DNA from: an uncultured Ignavibacteria bacterium
Lineage (GTDB): Bacteria > Zixibacteria > MSB-5A5 > RBG-16-43-9
Assembly: GCA_964511075.1 (NCBI GenBank)
Contig: CAZEDM010000005.1
Location: 135,427-199,426, forward strand
Direction: 5' to 3'
Length of the DNA: 64,000 nucleotides
The first letter of the stretch is position 1, and each line of letters opens with the position of its first letter. This document shows positions 38,960 to 48,318 of this stretch, piece by piece. A model generated the notes under the pieces. The model saw only the letters and a list, made by a program, of their open reading frames with translations. It was not told where the DNA came from and did no database searches. Made by a program: the position numbers and the translations under genes.

Positions 38960-40867
38960 CTATTCTAAGAGTTTAAGCCTTTCTTGAGCCAAGAGCTTTT
39001 CCTCATAACCGGAGGGCAGATGCAGTACCTGCTGATAATAATCTATTGCTTTTTCCTTTTCACCTTTCAGCTCATATAACTTGCCTAAATCCAGGTAAAC
39101 TTTTCCCAAATAGAAGGGCCTGTCTTCCAAAAATTCTGCTATCTGAAAAGTGACCAAAGCTGAATCCAACGCTCCTAAGGACAGGTAGAGCTCCCCGATC
39201 TTCACATAGGGGTTGGCGAAAAGACCTCCGCTGGATGAAAGGTAATGAGTGGAAGACCGCAAGCCCGAATATAGATTTGCCTGTGCTCTCAGGCTGTCAC
39301 CCTCTGCAGAATAAACTTTGGCTAAACCCGAATATATCTCCGCCCAGTCCGATACCCCGGGATTTAGGCTCTTGGCCTTCTCAAAGCTCTGTTTGGCTTG
39401 GTCAAAGTTTCCCTGACCCAGAAGGATCTCCCCTAATTTAATCTGAGGAGCAGCGTAGTTCGAATCCAAGCTCAAAGCCTTGAGGTATTCTATCCTGGCT
39501 GAATCTTTATCCCCCTGCACAAGATATAAACTACCCAGAATGAAACAATCGCCAGCATTCAGCGTATCGATCAGGGTCATCTGCTTATAGACCCTCTGAG
39601 CCTCTTTGTAATCTCCCAGGGAAAAATAGGCTCCTCCCAGCTTGTTTAAGATTCGCAGGATATTTTCTCGCTCCGAGTATCGGGTATAGATTTTTAAGGC
39701 ATCCTCTAAGAGCTTAGCGGCTTTTGCATAATATCTGTAATCCAACCTTCTATCCGCTATCGGCTCCAACTCCTTCTCGTCCCACTTGTACTTATCCAGA
39801 AAGGAAAGCCATTCCTCTTCCATCTGGGAGAAGGTTTTGTTATATACCTTTTCGAAAACCGAATCGAAACTCAGATCTGTGACCTGAGAGTAGAACTTCT
39901 TGAATCCATCCATACCATAGATATCGATCAGGTAGCTGGTAAAGGAATATGCCTGAATTAAAGCGGTCTGCACTGGAGCTTTTCTGTAGTCTGAACTTAT
40001 CTTGAGTTGGGACAGAGGTATAAGAGAGCCTTCCTCCTTGAGTTTCTTGGCGTAATAATGACTTAACTCCAAATAACCTGAAACACCCTCTGCCACAAAG
40101 GCAGGCGCATACCCCCAGTACTCGTATAAAAGAAGAAGCAGGGGGCCCGGAAAATCAACGCTCTCCCTCTCCTTTTCAAAAAGCACGTAGATCTTATGCT
40201 TGCTCGGAGCCAGGCTTATATTCAGTCTCTGGTCCCAGACCGCCTCGGGGATCTCGCAGGGACAGATGAAATAGTCGATCTTATGGGTCTGCGGATAGTC
40301 GAACCTGAAATAACGTTTTATCCCGTCATAATCCAACTCCAGATAGTTTTTATTCATATTATAGAAAAACTCAGCCAGGGAGTTCTCCATAAAGGTGAAG
40401 GCGTAGTGGACGCTCTCTTTATAGAACCAAAGGGTATCCGTAATAAGATAACTGCAGTGATCTTCCTTCTCCCTAAATCTTCTTGGGGTAAGCTCCAGCA
40501 GAAACACCCTGTCTTTTTTCAGCTTGATATCTTTTATGATATAGGTGTGCTCCAAGCCCATAAGAAAATTTTTGAAAATCTTTTCCATCTCCGGAGCCAA
40601 GGTGAAAAGGCTTAAATTCAGGTGAAGGCTTGTGCTGTCCAGCTTCTGGAAGTTTATATTTAAGGTGAAATTGCCTACGAACATAGAGGCGTTAACCCCC
40701 TCCCTGACCTCGAACTCCCTTTCATCCACAGTGGAAAAGCTTAAGGAATCCCCTTTTATCCCCTCCTTCAATTTTAACCCTACCTCAAGATAGGTTGAGG
40801 CAAATGCATTAGAAAGGCTCAGGGTTAAAATAAAAGCCATTAAAAAAAGTGAAGTCTTCATCTTCAT
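38960..40867 (-). CDS. secreted TPR-repeat protein (BatC/D-like member of the Bat cluster)
   Basis: Signal peptide; C-terminal half is made of TPR repeats (GDYKEAQRVYKQ.., QGNFDQAKQSFEKA..). Confidence 0.6.
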   Translation of the reverse strand: MKMKTSLFLMAFILTLSLSNAFASTYLEVGLKLKEGIKGDSLSFSTVDEREFEVREGVNASMFVGNFTLNINFQKLDSTSLHLNLSLFTLAPEMEKIFKNFLMGLEHTYIIKDIKLKKDRVFLLELTPRRFREKEDHCSYLITDTLWFYKESVHYAFTFMENSLAEFFYNMNKNYLELDYDGIKRYFRFDYPQTHKIDYFICPCEIPEAVWDQRLNISLAPSKHKIYVLFEKERESVDFPGPLLLLLYEYWGYAPAFVAEGVSGYLELSHYYAKKLKEEGSLIPLSQLKISSDYRKAPVQTALIQAYSFTSYLIDIYGMDGFKKFYSQVTDLSFDSVFEKVYNKTFSQMEEEWLSFLDKYKWDEKELEPIADRRLDYRYYAKAAKLLEDALKIYTRYSERENILRILNKLGGAYFSLGDYKEAQRVYKQMTLIDTLNAGDCFILGSLYLVQGDKDSARIEYLKALSLDSNYAAPQIKLGEILLGQGNFDQAKQSFEKAKSLNPGVSDWAEIYSGLAKVYSAEGDSLRAQANLYSGLRSSTHYLSSSGGLFANPYVKIGELYLSLGALDSALVTFQIAEFLEDRPFYLGKVYLDLGKLYELKGEKEKAIDYYQQVLHLPSGYEEKLLAQERLKLLE

Positions 40868-40871
40868 AACC

Positions 40872-41690
40872 TCATCCTCTGTATAGTTTCTTTAAGGTGT
40901 TTAAGTTCTTCTTATCCCATTCCTCCTCCTTGGGGGTTTCTAAAATCTTGGGTATATTCTCAAATCTTTTATCGTTTAAAATAAGCCCGAAAGCATCTAA
41001 CCCTATAAATCCCTTACCGATATGCTCGTGCCGGTCAACCCTGGTGCCCAGGTCTTTTTTGGAATCGTTCAGATGTATTGCCTTCAACCTGTTTAATCCT
41101 ATTATCCTATCAAACTGCTTAAAAGTCTCATCATAAGTTTTCTTATCTCTGATATCATAACCTGCGGCAAAGGTGTGAGCGGTATCATAACACACACCTA
41201 ACCTTTTGTTCCCCTCTGTCGATTCTATGATCTCCGCTAACTGTTCAAATTTGTGACCCAGAGTGCTCCCCTGCCCGGCAGTTGTTTCCAAGCAGATCTG
41301 GGTTTTAAAGTTTTTGCTTTTGGAATGAACCCAGGACAAAGATTCTGCAATCCTTTTTATTCCTTTCCTTTCATCTGGATTTGATCCGGGATGCATAACT
41401 AAAAAGGGCAAACCCAACTTCTCTGAACGAGTCAATTCCAAAAGCAGTGCCTCTCTTGATTTTTGCAGAAGCTCCTTATCGCCTGAGGCGATATTTATGA
41501 GGTAGGAATCATGACCTACAACTGATGTTATCCCTGTCTCCTTTTGGGCCTGTTTGAATTTCTCTATATCCTCAGGGGTCAGCTCTTTTGCTTTCCATTG
41601 ATTGGCGCTTTTGGTGAAAATCTGGATGGTGGTGCATCCAAGCTCTTTGCCTGAATGAAGGGAGTTGAAAAATCCACCTGCGATTGACAT
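40872..41690 (-). CDS. nfo: deoxyribonuclease IV (AP endonuclease family 2)
   Basis: MSIAGGFFNSLHSGKELGCTTIQIF..., metal ligands HDSYLIN and HLNDS. The track ORF, which runs on to 41843, is extended 5' by read-through of the MITE copy; start placed at ATG 41690. Confidence 0.85.
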   Translation of the reverse strand: MSIAGGFFNSLHSGKELGCTTIQIFTKSANQWKAKELTPEDIEKFKQAQKETGITSVVGHDSYLINIASGDKELLQKSREALLLELTRSEKLGLPFLVMHPGSNPDERKGIKRIAESLSWVHSKSKNFKTQICLETTAGQGSTLGHKFEQLAEIIESTEGNKRLGVCYDTAHTFAAGYDIRDKKTYDETFKQFDRIIGLNRLKAIHLNDSKKDLGTRVDRHEHIGKGFIGLDAFGLILNDKRFENIPKILETPKEEEWDKKNLNTLKKLYRG

Positions 41691-41712
41691 ATGTGCACCG
41701 ATTAGAAGCACT

Positions 41713-41795
41713 GTTCCTCCTTGAATTTCCCTCCTTTGTAGGGAGGGATAGAGGGAGGGTGAACCCCTCCCTCTATGGGAGAGGGAATTTATATT
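41713..41795 (-). repeat. 85-bp MITE-like element, copy 4 (reverse orientation), in the nfo 5' region
   Basis: Reverse complement reads TTCACCCTCCCTCTATCCCTCCCTACAAAGGAGGGAAATTCAAGGAGG..., matching the 6.2-kb copy. Confidence 0.75.
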
Positions 41796-42807
41796 ACCAC
41801 AGCCTCTGCCTCTTATTAAGATACGCAAACAAAGCCCTGTCAAAAGGAACAGAGGTGTCCAATCTCACATAATCTACCATACTCTCTCTGCATTCCAAAG
41901 TATATCTGTTCAACAGCTCGTTCATCTTCTCCTGATACACTCTTCTTACCTGCCAGGGAGAGGTCATAATCTCCTCTCTGGTCTCCAAGTCTTTAAAAAC
42001 CGCTTGGTTCTCGAAGGCGAAGCTTTTCTCCTTGGAGTCTAATATATGAAATACGATTACCTCATGCTTTTTATGCCTGAAATGTTTCAGCCCTGTGATT
42101 ATCTCCTCAGGCTGGTCAAAGAGGTCAGATAAAAGTATTATCAGACCTCTTCTTTTTATCCTCTCTGCCATCTGATGCAGGGTTGAGCTAATATCAGTGG
42201 TCTCAGAGGGTGAAAGTTTATCTAACTCTTTTAAAAGGTTATGCAGATGGCTTAAAGTCGACTTGGGCGGGATATACTTTCTTATCCTCCGGTCGAATAC
42301 CACCAGCCCCACAGAATCCCTTTGTTTGAGCATCAGGTAGGACAAAGCCGCGCAAAGATAGGAAGCATATTCCAATTTATTTATCCCATTGGAGGAATAA
42401 CCCATAGAGCCTGAAATATCCAGAAGCAGATAAGCCTTTAAATTAGTCTCTTCCTCGAATTCCTTGACAAAATACCTGTCTGCCTTGCCGTAGACTTTCC
42501 AGTCGATATTCCTCAAGGGGTCACCCGGCATATACTGCCTGTGCTCGGCAAACTCAACTGAAAAGCCGTGATAGGGACTGCGATGCAGTCCAGCAATAAA
42601 CCCCTCCACCACCAACCTTGCCTTAATCTCAATCCCGGCGAGCTTGGATACAACCTCCGGTCTCAAAAATCTGCGATGATCTTGCATATCTATTTGGAAC
42701 TCTCCGCCAAATGCGGGGTTAATGCTGGAAGTCTTTAAGACCTCCGCTACATTTCCACAACTATTTTGGTGGCTCAGGCATCTTGCCTGAGCATATTGAA
42801 CAGACAA
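41794..42807 (-). CDS. DUF58 family protein (vWA-like; MoxR partner)
   Basis: Conserved DUF58 blocks (YMPGDPLRNIDWKVYGKADRYFVKEFEEE, LLDISGSM, RGLIILLSDLFD). Located downstream of the MoxR ATPase. Confidence 0.8.
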   Translation of the reverse strand: MSVQYAQARCLSHQNSCGNVAEVLKTSSINPAFGGEFQIDMQDHRRFLRPEVVSKLAGIEIKARLVVEGFIAGLHRSPYHGFSVEFAEHRQYMPGDPLRNIDWKVYGKADRYFVKEFEEETNLKAYLLLDISGSMGYSSNGINKLEYASYLCAALSYLMLKQRDSVGLVVFDRRIRKYIPPKSTLSHLHNLLKELDKLSPSETTDISSTLHQMAERIKRRGLIILLSDLFDQPEEIITGLKHFRHKKHEVIVFHILDSKEKSFAFENQAVFKDLETREEIMTSPWQVRRVYQEKMNELLNRYTLECRESMVDYVRLDTSVPFDRALFAYLNKRQRLW

Positions 42808-42830
42808 GAACGTCTGTTCTACCTTTTTTC
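42783..42830. repeat. REP-like element (CAGACAAGAACGTCTGTTCTACC)
   Basis: Hairpin CAGAC..GTCTG / AGAACAG..CTGTTCT. Related to 43060-43105, 21135-21165 and 35262-35290. Confidence 0.5.
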
Positions 42831-43049
42831 TTTCAGTTCCCCTATCTCCTTTTCCACCTCTTTGAGCTCCTCTTCCAAATCCCTTTTATATTCCTCCAAC
42901 ATCTTCAGATATTCCTCTTTTTTGGGAAATCTCCAGGGTCCGCGAAAATAGAAGCCAAAGGGTGGAAACCCAAAATCAAATCCAAAGTCTTTGAATCTAA
43001 ACCCTTTTCTCATATCTTGTTCCTCGCGATACTTCGATAACTTAGACAT
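42819..43049 (-). CDS. small hypothetical protein (aromatic/Gly-rich FGFDFGFPPFGFYF segment plus charged coiled-coil tail)
   Basis: ORF flanked on both sides by REP elements. The N-terminal part of the track ORF overlaps a REP, so the start is placed at the internal Met. No SD checked. Confidence 0.3.
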   Translation of the reverse strand: MSKLSKYREEQDMRKGFRFKDFGFDFGFPPFGFYFRGPWRFPKKEEYLKMLEEYKRDLEEELKEVEKEIGELKEKR

Positions 43050-43059
43050 CCTTACCTGA

Positions 43060-43105
43060 ATCCACAGAACAGGCAAGATGTCTGTTCTACCTTTAAAAAT
43101 TACTC
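43060..43105. repeat. REP-like element (AGAACAGGCAAGATGTCTGTTCT)
   Basis: Palindrome read from the sequence. Confidence 0.5.
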
Positions 43106-43137
43106 CTTGCTAATGGCTACTTGCTACCTGCTACAGG

Positions 43138-43536
43138 CTAAAAGGAAAATCTTATCCCGAACTGGTTTACCGGCTTATCCACGAAGGTCCCTATTATCCT
43201 CTGATAGTTCAAGCCGATAACAGCTTTAGTGTTCGCAGAGCTAAATACAGAATATATATCTTTGACTAACCCGAACTCAAAATAGTGACAGATCTTATCC
43301 TTCTCCTGCAGGTTCCGGTCGAAATCCCCGGTTATCTCCAAGGTAAACCAGGTGCCCAGCTTAAAACTGTTAATCATAACTATCTGCAGGGTCTGACCCG
43401 CATCTCCCCAATCATCATAGGCATTCTGGTAAAGTGAGATATTATTGGAAATAGGGTTTACCTCAAAGGTCTGAGAGAAAACAAATGTCGGCAGAATCAG
43501 GATGAAAAAAAGAAAAATGAAAATCTTTTTTTTCAC
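43138..43536 (-). CDS. small secreted protein, possible outer-membrane beta-barrel (C-terminal Phe)
   Basis: Signal peptide, alternating hydrophobic pattern, and terminal ...GIRFSF. Confidence 0.4.
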   Translation of the reverse strand: MKKKIFIFLFFILILPTFVFSQTFEVNPISNNISLYQNAYDDWGDAGQTLQIVMINSFKLGTWFTLEITGDFDRNLQEKDKICHYFEFGLVKDIYSVFSSANTKAVIGLNYQRIIGTFVDKPVNQFGIRFSF

Positions 43537-43640
43537 TCTTCCCTCCTTTAAAAAATAACTCTGAAGTGTAAAGCTTCAGCTTTACCTAGTACAAACGGAA
43601 AAATATTTTGATAAACCTAAAGGTTTATACTCCAGCCGTC

Positions 43641-44669
43641 TTAATCTTTTTCCTTTATATCCTCTAACAATTTCTGAATAATCTCAAATGTCCCCACTCC
43701 ATCTGCCTCCGCATTGAAGCTGGTTACGATTCGGTGACGCAAAACCGGAAGGGCAACCGCTTTGACGTCTTCACAGGAAGGGGTATATCTTCCATCCAGA
43801 ATAGCCTTGGTCTTTGCTCCTAAGATCATATACTGAGAGGCTCTGGGACCTGCTCCCCAGGTTACCCAGTTCTTTACATAATCTAAAGCCTTGTCCATCC
43901 CAGGCGGATCAGTTGACTGGGGACGGGTGTATCTGGCAAGTTTCACTGCATAATCTATCACATGATCTGATACTGGAACCTTTCGGGCAAGCTTCTGCAA
44001 TCTTACAATCTCCTCTGCACCCATAACCTTTTCCAAATCCCGGAAGTAGGCTGAAGTGGTGGTCTTGACTATTAAATTTTCCTCTTCTGAGGAAGGATAA
44101 TCAATATATATGTTGAACATAAATCTGTCCAACTGAGCCTCAGGCAGAGGATAGGTCCCTTCCTGCTCTATGGGATTCTGGGTGGCTAAGACAAAGAAAG
44201 GCTCAGACAACTTATAGGTTTCTCCCCCGGCTGTAACCTCGTGTTCCTGCATGGCCTGAAGCAAAGCTGACTGCGTCTTGGGTGGGGTTCTGTTTATCTC
44301 GTCTGCCAGGATTATATTGGCGAAAATCGGCCCCTGGATGAATTTAAAACTCCTATCGCCGCTAGTAACATTTTCCTGAATAATCTCCGTTCCGGTAATA
44401 TCTGAGGGCATAAGGTCAGGGGTGAACTGAATACGGCTGAATTTCAAATCCAAAATCCTCGAGATCGTGCTGATTAAAAGGGTTTTGGCTAATCCCGGGA
44501 CACCGATCAAAAGACAGTGGCCATTGGAGAGAAGGGCAATTAAAAGCTCGTCTATCACCTTTTCCTGCCCGATGATAACTTTCTGGATTTCCTTTTTAAT
44601 CCTGTCTCTGGCTTCTCTTAACTTCTCAACTGCTATAAGGTCATCTTTTTCGGGTCTATTTTCTGTCAT
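43641..44669 (-). CDS. MoxR-family AAA+ ATPase
   Basis: [32 protein letters not shown] Walker A, Walker [22 protein letters not shown], and a length of about 340 aa. Confidence 0.9.
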   Translation of the reverse strand: MTENRPEKDDLIAVEKLREARDRIKKEIQKVIIGQEKVIDELLIALLSNGHCLLIGVPGLAKTLLISTISRILDLKFSRIQFTPDLMPSDITGTEIIQENVTSGDRSFKFIQGPIFANIILADEINRTPPKTQSALLQAMQEHEVTAGGETYKLSEPFFVLATQNPIEQEGTYPLPEAQLDRFMFNIYIDYPSSEEENLIVKTTTSAYFRDLEKVMGAEEIVRLQKLARKVPVSDHVIDYAVKLARYTRPQSTDPPGMDKALDYVKNWVTWGAGPRASQYMILGAKTKAILDGRYTPSCEDVKAVALPVLRHRIVTSFNAEADGVGTFEIIQKLLEDIKEKD

Positions 44670-44902
44670 CCAACCTCCGGGAATTCCTTGTTTTCTCTAT
44701 GTTTTATATTAATACGCAAAAAAGATAAGTCAACTTAATTCTTGGGCTGTAAAAGGGAAATAGGGGATGATGCCAAGGGAGAAGCTATTATGATGCTACG
44801 CTCTTCGTTGGTGTCCTCATCAACGGAGAAGGGGAGGCCCCTCTGAACAATATATATAAAATCTGAGTTATTGGTCAGGAGACCAATAATTAACAGAAAA
44901 GA

Positions 44903-46336
44903 TTATTTTTTCTGAATCGACCCCTTTACTAAGCTTTGGAGATCGTAAGTGCTGATCTTATTATAAACCGTGGCTTTGCTCACCCCTAAAACCCTGGCAA
45001 CGGTATCGATACATCCATCAGACGATTTTAAGGCCTGGGTATAGACTAATTTCTCAATCTCATCAAAGCTTAGCTTACCTAAGATAGGGCAACTATCTTT
45101 TGGGTTATCTTTAGTGCATTCTGTCCCCAAGAAGGAAGCTTTTTCCTTGAAAAACCCTTCCACTAAGTCCTTCAAAGTAATTAATCTGTCTGCTTTTTCA
45201 CAAGCCAGAGAGATAGTATTTTCTAATTCCCGCACATTACCAGACCAGGTTTTTTCCTCTAAATATTTTTTAGCCTCAGAGGTTATCCCCAAAATCTCCT
45301 TACCAGTCCCTTTGGACTTTGCCTTTATAAAATAATCGATTAACAAAGGCAGATCTTCCTCTCTTTCTTTTAGAGAAGGAACTTTTATGGTCGAAACCTT
45401 CAATCTAAAATATAAATCCTCCCGGAAAAACCCCTGTTTGATTAAATCCTCGATTTCTTTATTGGTAGCAGAGATAATCCTTACATCTAGATCTACAGGA
45501 GAGGTAGTTCCCAAAGGCTCCAGCTTTTTCTCTTCCACTATTTTTAGAAGTTTCGCCTGCAAATCTAAGGACAGATCGCCGATCTCATTTAAGAATATAG
45601 TGCCTGAATTTGCGAGCAAAAATTTTCCGGGTCTTTCATCCACCTCAGTTGCCACCCTTCTTTTTATGCCGAAAAGCTCAGATTCCAATAAATTCTTGGG
45701 TATTGCCGGACAGTTGACTGATACAAAAGGTCCTTCTTTTCTTTTACCCAGATAATGAATTGCCTTAGCAGCCAAATCCTTGCCTGTGCCGGTTTCTCCT
45801 AAGAGCAAAACGGCGTAATCAGAGTCCAGGGAACCTTCTATCTGCTGAAACATCTTAACCATTAGCTCTGATTTACCCACCAAGCCGAAGCTATTATATC
45901 TTTCAACCAGCTCTTTTTTCGTCTTATCCTTCCACTCTAAGGCTCTCTGCATCTTGAGTTTCAAAAATAGAAAATCCTTTTGCATTGCGTCCCATTCCAC
46001 ATAATCATAAGCTCCTAAATGTAATGCCATCGCTGCTGAATCAAAATCCGCAAATGAGGTAACCATTATTATGGGGATATTCTTATCTATCTCCTTTATT
46101 TTCTTTAGAATTCTCAACCCCTCATTCTGCACATCTTCAATCGGACCTAAAAGCTCCTCTTTTTTTGCTTTGGCAAAGCTTTTATCCAAGAGAATCAGCT
46201 CATAATCATTCTGAGCCAAATCTCCTTGTAGGTTTTTACCATTATAGATATGAAAATATTCATAATCCTCGGAGATGAACTGCTTGCAATAAGCAGTTAT
46301 ATCCTCTCCGTCATCTATGATTAAGACCTTGACCAT
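44903..46336 (-). CDS. sigma-54-dependent response regulator (NtrC/Fis family: receiver, AAA+ sigma-54 activator, Fis-type HTH)
   Basis: Receiver LIIDDGED..LILLD..IIMVTSF. GETGTGKDLAAKAIH Walker A. GAFTGA-region equivalent. C-terminal ARVLGVSKATVYNKI HTH. Confidence 0.85.
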   Translation of the reverse strand: MVKVLIIDDGEDITAYCKQFISEDYEYFHIYNGKNLQGDLAQNDYELILLDKSFAKAKKEELLGPIEDVQNEGLRILKKIKEIDKNIPIIMVTSFADFDSAAMALHLGAYDYVEWDAMQKDFLFLKLKMQRALEWKDKTKKELVERYNSFGLVGKSELMVKMFQQIEGSLDSDYAVLLLGETGTGKDLAAKAIHYLGKRKEGPFVSVNCPAIPKNLLESELFGIKRRVATEVDERPGKFLLANSGTIFLNEIGDLSLDLQAKLLKIVEEKKLEPLGTTSPVDLDVRIISATNKEIEDLIKQGFFREDLYFRLKVSTIKVPSLKEREEDLPLLIDYFIKAKSKGTGKEILGITSEAKKYLEEKTWSGNVRELENTISLACEKADRLITLKDLVEGFFKEKASFLGTECTKDNPKDSCPILGKLSFDEIEKLVYTQALKSSDGCIDTVARVLGVSKATVYNKISTYDLQSLVKGSIQKK

Positions 46337-46438
46337 GAGTTAAAATCTCATCACTGAATAACCCTCTCCCTTGTCTGAAATCATTCCTTTTGCCAAGATA
46401 ACCTCTTTTTCTCTTTCGTCAAGCACTTTATCTCTATG

Positions 46439-46486
46439 GAGTGCATCGTCCGTGACGATGTTGCATTGACCCGGTCAATGCACTCA
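46439..46486. other. compact three-stem structured element (8-bp outer stem enclosing two hairpins) upstream of the sigma-54 regulator
   Basis: GAGTGCAT [CATCGTC-cgtg-GACGATG] T [TGCATTGAC-ccgg-GTCAATGCA] ATGCACTC. All stems are perfect. Confidence 0.4.
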
Positions 46487-46495
46487 ATAGTTTTT

Positions 46496-46536
46496 AAAAG
46501 CCGCCGGACTTGTATGCTCTAAACCCGGTGGCTTTT
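46496..46536. terminator. bidirectional-looking hairpin (AAAAGCCGCCGG..CCGGTGGCTTTT), probable terminator for the 46617-48272 gene
   Basis: GC stem flanked by A-run and T-run, about 80 nt downstream of the minus-strand gene end. Confidence 0.45.
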
Positions 46537-46616
46537 ATTTCCCCTCACGGAGTTCCTAATTCCCCACTACCTCAGCAGTATCATCCTCTTGGCTCTAATC
46601 CGCATTAAATTAAGCC

Positions 46617-48272
46617 TCAAAAAATAGTTTTTACCATGACATCGTCGAAATAGTTGATGCCATCTTCAACTCTAAGCCCAATCTTACCTTGAGAGTATGT
46701 ATTATTATTTGCAGTAAGTTTTAATTGTCCATTCACATATAGGCTGATGGTTGAACCCTCTAGTTCCATCTTAACAGAATACCATTGCGTCGCGTCTATG
46801 GTATCAGCTACTTGGACTAAATAAGAAGGCGACCCATCGACTGTTTTACCTATCCACCAAGAACCCACATTTCCATTCCAGTTGGCATCAAATGCACCTT
46901 CGTAATAATTCTTGTTATCTTGTACTCTCCCTAATACAGAGAAATGATGCCTACCTTCACCTAACTTCACTTTAACTGTTATCGAGTAGTCATCCCAAGA
47001 ATGTTGGCCAGTATGAGATTGCGCATCTGAGGTCCAATTGTATGGGTCGTATCCTTTGTAAATCTGGTTTTCAACTGTCCACGTACCATTATTCGTATCT
47101 TGCCATCCAGTGTGAACCCATCCACTATCATCACCATCACTAAAATCATCGAAAAAGAGGATATCTTCAGATGGTATTTCTGGACAGCCTGGTTGAGGTC
47201 CGCCTTTGAAGAGATAACTTATCAAATAAACTACATCTGTAACCGATAATTGTTCATCACCATTTACATCTCCGATTAGAAATGGATTGGGCGCTGAACC
47301 ACCCTTGAAGAGATAATTTATCAGATAAATCACATCCGAAACAGATACAGTTCCATCACTATTAGCATCTCCACACAAAGGCATTGGCAAATCTGTTACT
47401 ATCCATAGCTCTTCGTTACCTGTTCTATCAGATGAAAATACCAAAGTTCGACTATCTGGTGACCAACTTGCCCAGATGTTGTTACCCTCGCCGTTAGTTA
47501 TTTGATATAAACCATAAGCTTCGCCTCTAGCATCAACTACCCAGATGTCCCACTTCCCAGATCTTTGCGAAGAAAAAGCGATCCATTTGCCATCAGGAGA
47601 ATATTCTGGTTCTACACCATCTCTCGGCCAACTATATGTTAATCTTGTCCATTCTGTGCAGTCAGAGGAATTAATGCTATAGACATTCTCATCGGCACTA
47701 TATTCAAATATTATCTTTGAACCATCGGGAGAGTAACTTGGATAGTTTTCACTGCTTGAGCTTGTACATAATTGGGAAGGAGTTCCTCCTGAAGATGGAA
47801 CTTTCCAGAGATGATATCCGCCTGACAAGTGCCTGAATATTATAGCATCACCATCCGGCGAATAGTTTGGTCCGACGCAATCTGTCAGATAAGTAATTCT
47901 ATCCGATTCTCCACCTGAAGAAGGTATCGTGTATATATCCCAATAACTCTCAGCTGTTGATTGGTATACTATGGTATCATCATTAGGTGACCATTCAGGC
48001 TCTTGCTCTCCGAAAGGACCCCAGACACCTAATCCCGATGATGGTGATAGAAGGGTTGGTGTTCCTCCTACCGCAGGCATAATCCACATGCCATATTGTC
48101 CTCCACGCTCTGATAAGAAAACAATTCGACTACCATCATGGCTCCAGCTTGGTTGAATATCCTGTCCCGAATTATTGGTTAGCTGGGTAAAAGTGACAGC
48201 GTGACTTAGTGTGACGCTCAGTAATACCAAAAGAGCAATCAAAACGTAGAAAACAAATCTTACACTGATCAT
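46617..48272 (-). CDS. secreted PD40/TolB-like beta-propeller protein with an internal dockerin-like module and a C-terminal jelly-roll (DUF1080/LamG-like) domain
   Basis: Signal peptide. Repeated SPDGS.IVF / WSPD.. blades. CGDANSDGTVSVSDVIYLINYLFKGG ... GDVNGDEQLSVTDVVYLISYLFKGGPQPGC is nearly identical to the C-terminus of the 13392-14660 protein. Confidence 0.65.
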   Translation of the reverse strand: MISVRFVFYVLIALLVLLSVTLSHAVTFTQLTNNSGQDIQPSWSHDGSRIVFLSERGGQYGMWIMPAVGGTPTLLSPSSGLGVWGPFGEQEPEWSPNDDTIVYQSTAESYWDIYTIPSSGGESDRITYLTDCVGPNYSPDGDAIIFRHLSGGYHLWKVPSSGGTPSQLCTSSSSENYPSYSPDGSKIIFEYSADENVYSINSSDCTEWTRLTYSWPRDGVEPEYSPDGKWIAFSSQRSGKWDIWVVDARGEAYGLYQITNGEGNNIWASWSPDSRTLVFSSDRTGNEELWIVTDLPMPLCGDANSDGTVSVSDVIYLINYLFKGGSAPNPFLIGDVNGDEQLSVTDVVYLISYLFKGGPQPGCPEIPSEDILFFDDFSDGDDSGWVHTGWQDTNNGTWTVENQIYKGYDPYNWTSDAQSHTGQHSWDDYSITVKVKLGEGRHHFSVLGRVQDNKNYYEGAFDANWNGNVGSWWIGKTVDGSPSYLVQVADTIDATQWYSVKMELEGSTISLYVNGQLKLTANNNTYSQGKIGLRVEDGINYFDDVMVKTIF

Positions 48273-48318
48273 GACATAGCTCCTTCATAAGGTTTTAATA
48301 ATTAATCTTCTCTACCAT

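Noticed and set aside
41691-41843. N-terminal 51 aa of the track's nfo ORF (MTGLCLRILIRGRGCGNINSLSHRGRGSPS...)
   Set aside because: This is read-through of the reverse-oriented MITE copy. The conserved Nfo sequence starts at the internal Met (ATG 41690).
44670-44902. Possible small ORFs or an ncRNA between MoxR and the sigma-54 regulator
   Set aside because: Only 8-18-codon frames, with local hairpins resembling the generic REP background. Nothing supportable.
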